This document shows positions 49,414-60,010 of a stretch of 64,000 bases of DNA, piece after piece. Within the stretch, counting starts at the first letter, position 1. Each line of letters starts with the position of its first letter. Under the pieces are notes generated by a model. The model was not told where the DNA came from, did no database searches, and worked only from the letters and a program-made list of their open reading frames with translations. The position numbers were made by a program, and so were the translations under genes. Source of the DNA: Dudresnaya verticillata (taxonomy: Eukaryota); the NCBI GenBank assembly GCA_977862235.1, contig OZ374562.1, positions 682,001 through 746,000 of the forward strand. Reading direction: 5' to 3'.

Positions 49414-52400
49414 GTGCCGACTTTGGGCCCAGACAGCCTGCTTTTGCGAAGCGAAACGTTAACAGCCGCGACGGAAGGCTCCACAACAGAAGATTCCCTT
49501 CACGACGATTGCACATTTTTCGTTCCGCGTCGCTTTCGTTCCGCGGCCGCAATCCCCAGAAAAGACTTTGATCAAGTGAAGAATGAAATAGACATTTCTG
49601 CACCCGAGGTTACAATCTCGCGAGTGAGAACGTCGTTCCTTCGTCGTTCCCTCAGCTGCAGCTGCCGTATCCCATTATCTCGTCACCGCAAGCGTACGGA
49701 TTACCCAAATCATCCCATTGTGCACTCTCTTCCAAATCTTGTAGGAATCCCTCTGAGCTCCCCCCACGCCATCACACGACACATTCCAGAGTACTTCTGC
49801 CCGGTCTGCAAGCGTAGATTCACGGACAAAGTCTGCTTTGAGAGTCATGTCCAAAGGATTCACGGCGGACACTTGGGTGATTCCGGCTCCGAAAGCCGCC
49901 AGCACTTGACGATACAGTCCCGGCTTGCTGTCGATCAATCTCCTTCTCCTTGTATTCAGCATTGCCAAGAACGGCAGGAATGTGGCGATCCTTATGTCTT
50001 CAGTAGTCCTGCGGACGTTCCTCCGGTGCGCCATGGAAAGGACTCATTGCCGACACGACCAGTCTCTTCGGGACGAAGGCACACTCTCTCAGATAATGAT
50101 GCCCCGAACGCAGTTGAACCGGGCGAACAACCCAACGCCGCCGCACCGAGTGAGTTCTCAGCCTTTGAAAGCTTCGGAGAGGCAAATGCCCTGGAAACCG
50201 ATCATTCGGCCGACTGTCAGGGCTGGTATGACCTCAGCAACGCCGTCAGCGGGTAGATCTGTCATACTGCCAGCAGAGCGCCTTTTGAAATAGCAACCGA
50301 GCTTGCCAACGGCAGTAGAAGCTGCGACGTGGCCCCAAACGCCAGAAACAGTGAAACGCTTAGAACCAACGTTGCTTGTGAGTTGTTTCGCTTCTATGAT
50401 TACTTCAGCGATGCTGGGGCTGAACTGTATCCCACGTCAGCTCCTCCTCGACCTACAGTCTCCGCACTGCTACCAGCGGTCAAGAATGTACTGCAGTGTA
50501 TTGCATCGCTAACTGCATGACTCTGGGCGAATCGGAAAGCCTGTACTCCCTTGTGGCCTCGCTAGAGCGCGCCCACGTGGAAGCAATCCGTCCGGTCTCT
50601 CGGCAGTTTGGACGACCGCAAGCATTTTTCGGATACCTTGACGCGTTGAGGAAGAACACCGTTCGAGAAGAAGGATGGAAGATGGCCTTCATAAAGTCTC
50701 AATACGGAGAAAACAGAACAGGAGTCTTTCTCTCAGTATATGAGCTCTTCATGAGAGAGCTGTCCAAAGCAGGTGACGTGAACGCCCTGATTCGGTTCCA
50801 AAAAGAGTTTAGGGACGGCCAACGAGTTTTCTCTGCGCCTTGGAACTCTTCGCGCATGGAAAGGTACTAAATGGTGCTTGACCAAGCTTCCATCCCGCAC
50901 GCAGGAGTCCGCTCTCCAGGAAAGGAGAAGATCGTAGTTCCCGTGGACTATTAAGTGATGGGCATATTCTGAGTAGTTCGGGAACGCAAACCGCCACACA
51001 GGGTAGGGTTAGATTTCCAACGATACGTGGCCAGTCCGAGGAGTGGTTTGAGGTAATGATTGCTCCAACGATTGACACTGGGGCTCTTCGGCTAACTCCA
51101 GACGCAACCAGGCGAGAGCACAACGAGCTTTGGCACAGAACGACCTTCTTAGCGTTCAAGGACTTCATAAAGAAGTCACACGGAGGCATCGAAATGGGTG
51201 ACGTTGTTCTGTACCCGCGACTCGGGATGGGCGTATTCGACTACGTTCAAGAGCGTCCAGCTTTAGGACTGAAAGGTCACGGGAGCTTTTGCCATTGCTC
51301 TCGTTGCATCATGCCCACAAAGCCGATGAAAAGAAAGAAACAGTGTGACGAAGTCCATCCGAGGAACCGGCACAAAACAATGTCAAGTGGTGAGAGTTCG
51401 TCCATTCGGTCACGCGCAACAAGTATTGGTTCCCGCTGCCCTGGTAGCCAAACCGAAGGAGAAGAAAACAGGCGATCGGAAACAACAGCGGTGTGAAAAT
51501 AACACAGATCTCGCCATAACCGTGGCCTGCACGGGATGCGTGCAAGACATTGCAATGCCAGCTTGACGTGGCAAAATCGAAACGAGAAAAGCACGGCAGT
51601 GGTGTGTCTTCACGTCGTCTCAGGGAGGCCAGAGGTTTTCTCACTGAGCAAAGCGCCCTAGACTGCCCCCCGGGGCTAGCGTCATTTGCAGGAGCCGGTT
51701 CCCATCCATTTGGACTGTACGATTCCATAGGATACGACACGTTACACGCGTTCGAGCATGGAATAATCCGCCAGTTGACGGACGACGCTTTCCAGGCCTT
51801 CGAGAGAGCACCGCAATATCAAGGCTTATCGAAAGGAGACGTTGCTTCTATAGCCAATCAACGGATTAAAGACCTCCCGCCCGCTGCTCGTATTCCAAAA
51901 TGGGCGCCCTTCAGGCGCAGATCAGACGAGAAGCATGCCGGGGTTACCGGAAAGTACAGTCGCGAACTGGCGCCATTTCTCTGGTATTCTCTAATGGGCA
52001 TCTCACATACCGTCACTCCAGATGATGACGACGTCGTACAGCTCATGCTGAAATCCGACCTTCTTCAACGCAGGCTCCTTGGAATCAACCAAGGTGTTTC
52101 GTATGCCTACAAAACGGAAGATCATATTGAGGAAGTCGGCAGGCTCGGCTTCGAGGTTGGGAGAGATATCGCAGTCATCTTTGACTGTCAAGTAAATACC
52201 AAAATGCAACGTACCATGTGTCACATAACCAAGCACCTGTTGGACTTTGGATGCTTGCGGAGAGGTGGCACGGATGAGAACGAAACGATGCACAAGCAGA
52301 CAAAAAAGGCTTATCAGTGCACAAACAAGCACATTGTCAACATCGCCCCGCAGCTCCTCAGCGCCAGATCATCGCTGTGCGTGGCTGAAGGTGGCTTGGA

Positions 52401-53152
52401 ATCGGGCTGCTTTGCCAAACAAACACGGCAACTGCTTCTCACAAGAGATCCGATTATCGAGCCGTCTCAAATCCAAACAGCGGATCAGGTTGCTTTGCAT
52501 TCTTCAAACAGTGAAAAGGAGCTAATATGGGCGGATGAAATGAGGAAACTTGTCCAAACTTGCACATCGCCTATCGATGCCGAAAAAGAGATCGAAGCAG
52601 CTGAGCATCCGTCCACAAACATGCAGCTGTGGTTTTTTAAAAAAGTCTGCGCGGTTCCGGGCAAGGTTTCCGTGGTCCAATGAAGTTGTGTGGCAAACAG
52701 TGTATGCCGGCAGAAACGTGTTTGGCGCTTCAAATAGAAGGGATGCACTCGAGTACTGCATAGACGGTGACAGGCATACACGCATCCTTCAAGCTATTTT
52801 CAGCAATCACGAGGATCAAAAGAGCAGAATTGCACTGGTTCGGCGCCTTCATGAAGTGGCGCCAGAACGTGGCAATGTCAAGGTAGTTGACATCTACAAT
52901 AATAGGCGTTTTGCATACGTCATGCAGAGACAGGATACGAAAGTAGACTGCGTTCCTTCTTGCAGTTTCATTCACAGTGTCCTTCTAGTTCCCGACCCCT
53001 GGACGGTGGTCAAAAACTTCTCGCGAAGTATTAGAATGAGTGACATCAATGACACTCCGCAAATCCGAAAGCTCATGCGGTTCTTCGAGGTCGCGGGGTT
53101 CAAAAAGACGTCCTTAGGAGCCCAGAAGATAGACGATGAAATCGCAAAATAG
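49414..53152 (+). pseudogene. C2H2 finger + Plavaka/CACTA-like transposase, disrupted
   Basis: CPVCKRRFTDKVCFESHVQRIH; YPRLGMGVFDYVQERPALGLKG..CHCSRC; IGYDTLHAFEHGIIR; KMQRTMCHITKHLLDFG...TDENETMHKQTKKAYQCTN. Confidence 0.8.
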
Positions 53153-54438
53153 TAAACCGAGTACAGGAATAGCACCTGACGGCAGCGGTGGGTTCAACAA
53201 TGCATTATACCGACGCTGAACTTCGCCCGGGTGGAGAACGCAGATTCTTGGGTTTAGTCATTGTTTCGGGATCATCCCCGCAATAAGACCTGGTGTGTTT
53301 CCTGGCCAGGGCAATGCGAAGGTCGGGTGGTTCCAGGTACCCCTCAGAACTCCGCGACGGTCAAAAGACAGCCCAGCGCCGGCGCGGTGTGTTGAAGTTG
53401 CTCTGTTCTGCCGCTCTGGCATCAAAAAACAGATGATAGGTAACACTATTAACATACCGGAGTTCCACAAAGGCCAAGTGCCGCCAGCCAATAGCCGGCT
53501 TTCCAAACATGCCCAGTAGTGGAACGACTCCTTGGGAGTGGGAAACGTTCCTTTTATCCAAGGAGGGTTTTATTTCCTCCATGGGGTGCCCAACATACTC
53601 CCTGATGATGTACCGCTACCGCGCGGTATCGCAGTATACCGCAAGCAATCTGCAGCTATATTTTCAGCTGAAGCCTAGGTGTTTCTGAAATGTACCAGCA
53701 TCCGCAATATTGTTGATTCTTTGGTAAATTTCTGCGGGACAGAAATGTCCCGGCATGCATATATACAAAATGTATACAAAATTACTACATTGGATATGAA
53801 TGCCATATGGATGCTGGGATATTTCTGTCCCACTGCGTTTTATTAATAGAAATTGACGGCATTTGGGCCCACCGGTAAGAGGAACCAAGGGAAGTGAAAG
53901 GACTGCTGCCACTTCCCACAGCTCATCTAATATAGGATACCATACGAACATATGTTCAAGTCCTCAAATTTGACAAGGGACATTTATGTCCCGGTGGCAT
54001 TTACGTGAGTTTGCGCGCGCAGCGCTGCGATAACGAGCCTGTTACCTCGTTAACCTAGGTTGCGCTACGGTACCCTAAGGTAGCGACCTCGCGCGGCGCT
54101 ACTGTACCTCCATGCTCAGGCTACGAGCACGCGACTTGTCCTAACTGCGCGCCATCATGTTAACGTGGTGATCATCCTCGCGTCGTCCCGCGTCACATGC
54201 AACCCGTCAACCAAACTCGTGCACCGGACGCATCTCCCACCTGCCAATACCCAGTCCACACAAAACTGCTTCGCTCCGAATCTAATTCGGTCCCAATTCC
54301 GGGAACAAAAACCCAACGCCATCTTTCGGTCGCTCGACCTGGTGCGATCCACTTCGCTTGCGCGTCCGCCATTGCACCTCGTCACGCCGGCCACAAATCC
54401 AACAAATTCCACCCTTCAACTGCCGCATCACACGTGCA

Positions 54439-55600
54439 CTAACGCTTCCCATTAGAGTTGCTTTCTCCCTCAAGAAGTACGGTACGACGCGGAGCCTTTC
54501 TGGCTCGTCTGCGAACAACCTTCTGCTCCTGATCGGAGTCTGTGACCGCAATACTTTCGCCTCCCAATGGCGCCATTTCACCCCTCGGAGCGCCAGATAC
54601 ATCGCCTTCCACATCTGACTCACCCACGTCGTCATCCCAAAACGCTGCACTGTGAACCTCAAAAACTTCCTCATCTTCCAGCAATGCTTCCTCTATCTAC
54701 TTTAGTGAGTACAAAGACGGAAACACCCGGCTATCTTCTAAGGATTCGAGAGGCGGGTTGTCGATATCCTTGTACTGTAGCAGTTTCATGTTGTTCTTGT
54801 ATAAAGTCTTCGCGTCCGGGTATTCCACGGAGAGGTCTTGAACAGGAGGGAGGGTATCTGGGATGTTACGTAGAACCACAAAGTTCCTCCCACCTCGCTC
54901 TGTACCCACCCGCACACCCGGTTTGTCGAATAGCCTCCACGTGATCATTCCAGCACCTTTGACACGGGCTGCCATGGGTAGATCCACAGAAAAGGGCACA
55001 CCACCTTTGAGGACCAAAATGTCCCCTGGATGCATTCTATTCTTACGCTGTCCCTCTGTGTAGTACGACATGGGAAGAAGAGCTTTGCGGACTGCGCGTT
55101 GAGGCTGGGTAACTGGAGCGATATCGGTCGGTTCAACACGTGTAACAGCTGCATACTGCCGATTCCACCCTATCTGGCTCAACAAGTGTTGCGGGGGGAC
55201 AACTTCATCACCCAAGTACGGGAAACAACGATACAGCGGCGTGATTCCTTCATCAATGAAATATGCATTCGCAAATCCGCCTTTAGACGGAAACAAGTGT
55301 AGCATCTCTAAAGCACCACCGCGTACGGCGGCCAAACGAGACCCCAAAAAGACCAAAAAGACCTGTCGGATTTCACCAAAAACTGGCCAGAACCTAGAGC
55401 GGACCTGCGCGCCGGTAGCAAGCGTGGTAGAGCGGGAGCGCGAAGACGAAGTCGTGGCCAGAATCTGTGATGAGGACAGAAAATCGCCAAGTCGGGGGTT
55501 CAGTTGCTAACTTTACTCCCAACCTCTGGCGGGACAACTTCGTACCTTTTTCGGCTAAGCCGTAGTATGTGGCCAGCCAAGTAGTCCCAAAATCGGCCAT
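54439..55600 (-). pseudogene. Unknown protein gene with in-frame stops
   Basis: ORFs 55394-55600, 54697-55356 and 54439-54684 are in one frame, separated by single stops; ATG at 55600; acidic then basic C-terminus. Confidence 0.5.
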
Positions 55601-58600
55601 CTGAGTTAATTTAGAGCCATTCTACAGTTAGTGGCCGAGGTTACCCCCGTCGGCCATAATATCTACTTGTGTTCCGGCGTCGGGCCAATGTAAGGCCCTT
55701 GCGAGACTAAACCAAGTACTTGTGCGTTAATGGTTGGCCATGCGAGTTAGATTTTGGGTGAAAAAGGTTGCAAAAAGCGTCCGCGCGGACCTGTGCGGTT
55801 ACGAAGTCGGAAAGGGTGCGCGAGGGAGAGAGTTTTCGGAAAATCTTGAGTGAGTGAAGCGTAGATGTGCACTCGGGTGTGTGCGCAGTTCAGAGGCTGG
55901 CAGGTAAACAGAGTCACAAAGGGTTCTTGAAGAGGAGAGGGGTCCAGGGAAATGGGATTACGGCGCGGCTCCAGTGCGTGAGAAAAGAAATCCGAACGGC
56001 TCAGGTGGCTCCTCTGTGCTTTTGCTCTGCGCGTAATACTGCCGATACGGCCGCGCTGCAATGCGCGGCAATGCACTGACTGCAGCGCTGCAGCAGCCGC
56101 GGTCGTGCCGCTGTAGCTCACAAGCACTGCTGCTGTAGATGGCAGTCCAGATATCAGTTTTACTGCACAAGCGTGATCGTGACCCCCTTCTATTACAGAA
56201 GTATCGTGCACTTTCAAGCGTTCCAACTCTGTTGGAACGCTCCCTTGGCGGCAGCCTGTTGGGCCGCCTGCGGCCAGAGGGGTCAGCGCGACGGTTGCAG
56301 CGACGGCGGTGCTAGCCACGACGCATACTAAATGATTGACTCAAATCGAGTGAAATTGGGCCTTGCCTTCTCAGAGGCAGCGTCGGAGATCCCAGTGCGC
56401 TGTTTGAAAATTAAGGCGGCGATAAATTGGGGCTGCCGCGATAATTACCGGCGTCTGCCACCTCTGTAGTTTCACAAGTTCGCTAAAGCAGAGAGTAGCG
56501 AGCAGGGCACTACTGTCAGGTCACTGTCAGCTGTTGATCAGCCGGCCGAGCGTCGCCGACGGCGGCGGCACTTCAGCAACTCGCTTCAGTCCTCCGCCGT
56601 CCCGCTGATCCCGGCATGTCTATTTCTCTCTTAAGATTGTTGACGAGAAATCCCCCTTTTGCCTGGGCGATGACTAGTTCTAAGCAGCACACGCAGAGTG
56701 TTAAAACGGATGTCTGAAGCTAAGAACGGCGCGGCCCAGTCCACTGCTCGGGCGGCGCAGGTCGCGTCTGGTGCGTAGGCGAGAGCGGCATAGAACGCCG
56801 CGAAGCCGGGGCGACGCAACTACGGCGCAGTCGTCGCTGAGCTCAACCCCCTTGCGGCACAATGGATGCTGTCAGCAGGAGCGCTTACAGGAGCGCACTC
56901 CTTTTTGCGGGACAAGCTGTCCCTTAATCGAGACAGCTGTCCTTCCACCGCCATACACGTGGATGACAGTCTGTACAGGTGGCCTACATGTGGCAGTACA
57001 GCAGCACATGTGGCCTACACATGGCATTACAGTGGCGCCAATTAGACGCCTCGTATTGGCTGATTTATGAAGCGCCGCTGCGCTCCTACTCATGCACGAG
57101 GAGCGCCCCCGCGCTCAGGGTATCGACATTGCAGTCGAGACGCCGGCTTGAGCACCGGCGCATCCGCCACCAAGTCCCCTAACTGGAACGCATTCCCACC
57201 TTTACCTTGTACTGAATGTACTAACCTACGTAGCTATAATCATAGACCAACTTAGACCCCCTTTCGGGCTGATAGATTTTTCGACTGTCAAGCCCTACTC
57301 ATGGGCGCCGGAATAGCCGGCGCCCTCAGAGGTGTCGCGCGCGTCTTTTGTACCACACTATCACGGTAAAGGAAGCCCTTTCCTTGAAGCAGACTACAAA
57401 TAATGACTTCTTCAAGAAAAGGAACATGGGTGTGTGATAATAAATAGCACATATTGTACTGTGCAGCGTAATGAGAACATCCCGTAAGGTATGCAAACGT
57501 TTATCTGAATGGAACACCCACTTTACGGGAACCAAAATTAGCCCGCCGAGCAGCTTCTCTAATCGAGACTTAACTGTACCCGTTCTGTCGTCTGCTCATT
57601 GAGGGAGCTCCGTTAGTGCCCAAGGTACCGAAAATACACTCTACTTTAGAGAAAACGGGACGGGAGCTTGTCTTCACATACCATTGTAATAGCAAGGCAT
57701 GTATGAGATCTGAAATTTCCTTCCAGTGGTTGAGGAAGTTTAAGCCTGCGGTATAACGTATTCGTAGTCCACTGAGACTCGGGAAAGCCGCACAGCTGTA
57801 AGCAAACACCAAAACATAGAGATAACGAATAAGGTGGTAGCGTGGTAAAACTGGGTGATCAACGCCAAGGACCACGGTTTCAACGTATGCGCGTGTGAAA
57901 GGGAGAACTGCGAGCAAACCATCACCGAGGATAACCCGATTGCGAGGGGCTATCGAAAGCGAGACTAAACCATATCCGTGAACAAACACTCGAAGGCACC
58001 GAAACACGAAGAAAATAATTTACCGAATACTCTGAGGTCCAGGCGCTGGTTGCTCACCGAGGATCTCTTGGAGTCCGAGCTAGACTATCCAAATACTATG
58101 TGCACGGGTATGAATGCGCGTAAACTCGGGAAGCGGCTCGCACCCAACGAACACGTAATGACCTCGGAGCCTACGAACGGTCGCCTCATGTATGGTGGCG
58201 GTTACGCATCACGCCAGCAATGCACACGGCGCGCACGCGCATCGTGGGCCTCGGAGTCCTTTGCGCAAGACGTATCCGGGAAACGGAAGTGTCAGCGATT
58301 TCGGATACTGTAGCGCACTGTAATGCGAATGCCACCGTGACACGCGTAATCACGAGTTCATCTCAAAATTTGTATTTCTAGATTGTTTTCACGTAGATCA
58401 AGGAGTTTTCGAACACGAATGGACCTTATACCACATAGCCTCCATTGGGATGATCTCGCCTAGAAGGAAAAATAGCACTACAAACGTTAGTACTAGCACC
58501 GAGGAACTCCCACCTCGCTCAACAGAGACGGTCACTGCCGCCCGACTTCAGGAAGAATCTCAGCGCGGCTACCCAAGCCTCACCACTAGAAATGCGTCTC

Positions 58601-59152
58601 CTCCCCAGCCCGGAACCGACAAGATGTATTACTGATGCTCATGAACACATGGAACATCGCCGGGTTGCACCATGCCCTCTCTGATGTCATAGACCTGTTT
58701 TCCAACGCCCTCCTCGACTTCCTCATCCTCACCGAAACCCACTTGCCTCCCTTTTCCGAGCCAATTCTCTCGCATCGCTCATTTACAATGCCTGCAACAC
58801 GAGCAGCCCCGTGAGGGCCATGGATCCGCGGAATATGCATGATAACAAGACCTTGCATCCGTGTCTCTCTCCGATATACATTTTCACCTCCGTCCACACT
58901 ACAACCAGCTCTATACAACTCCTATAAGTTCATATTCCCGTAATTGGAGACATATAAAACTACTTTCGAGATATGCAGAATCAACTTTGCAAATCAGTAC
59001 GGAATGGTACCCGTGTTTCTTTAGCTCGTTGGAAACAGGCGCGTAAGCTGAGAACAGTGGTCAAATCCGTTTGTCCATAGCTTAAGTAACGCAGAAGTTA
59101 CGGCATACTAAACACAGTCCGTTTACTCCCCGAAACTTTTCCGAAAGTTTCC

Positions 59153-59905
59153 TGTGGCGCAAATCGCCTTCGCGCCCTGTTGAAGAATTCTTCATAATGC
59201 CGCGGACGACGGACTCACCGCGGCCGGTTCGCGCGGATCAACCGCTGTGCGGGTGATTGAGCTCAGAGCCAATTTCTATAATGAGCTCTGGCACCGCGCG
59301 CACGCACCAGCAATGCTAATGGGGAAATGCCTCTGTAAGGCGCCCGGCCTGACAGTACGCGGCGCCCCCTGCCAGCAAGGATGGCCCCGCAACGCGACAA
59401 CGCGTACACGTGCACACGTGCGCCTCCTTGACGCACACCTTTCAGCCGCACTACCGCTAGGCTGACAGTTGATATTTTTAGATAATTATAGAATTGCGCG
59501 CGCCACGTAATGCCAAGTGGCGCGCCCCCCTTCCACTACCTTAATCCGCCACCAAGGCGCACCCGCCTCCTACATAGTATAATAGGGCCCTGAGGTGCGC
59601 CCTCATACAGTAAACGGCTAAGCTTGGGCCCAGCGAGACGTACCCTCCTACCCTATCGACTCCCTCTCTAGGCTGGACTCCAGTACATCCGCTACCCTTC
59701 TTCATCGTACAGAATCCTGTTTTCTCTTGTTTTTCCCTTGTTTTCTCTTCCTTTCTAGGGTAACCCCCTTTCTCGGCCTTGTAGTGTTTTACAGTCGCAC
59801 TACGGGGCTACTCCCCTGCTCTACCACTACTACCTCACCTGCTACCTCCAGGCCCCCGAACCGCCTGAGGTGCACCCTCAATTCTACCGAGTGGATTGCA
59901 CCACA
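59153..59905 (+). repeat. 5' LTR of Gypsy-2 (~753 bp)
   Basis: TGTGGCGCAAATC...GATTGCACCACA imperfect inverted ends, followed by the PBS. The left boundary is inferred from the inverted repeat only. Confidence 0.75.
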
Positions 59906-59907
59906 TT

Positions 59908-59924
59908 TGGTCTCCCGACCTAGA
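59908..59924 (+). promoter_or_regulatory. Primer-binding site of Gypsy-2 (probably tRNA-Tyr)
   Basis: TGGTCTCCCGACCTAGA 2 nt after the LTR-terminal CA. Confidence 0.8.
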
Positions 59925-60010
59925 AGTTCGGAAATTCCGATTGGCTACGTTGCCTTCGTTACGGAACTACCGTTCTTCTATTTCCTACCTTTCCGCTGCA
60001 GTTATCTGCC

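Noticed and set aside
56000..59150. Short ORFs and weak hairpin variants (GGGACAAGCTGTCCC near 56909)
   Set aside because: No recognisable product; the motif spacing differs, so extending the block this far is unsupported.
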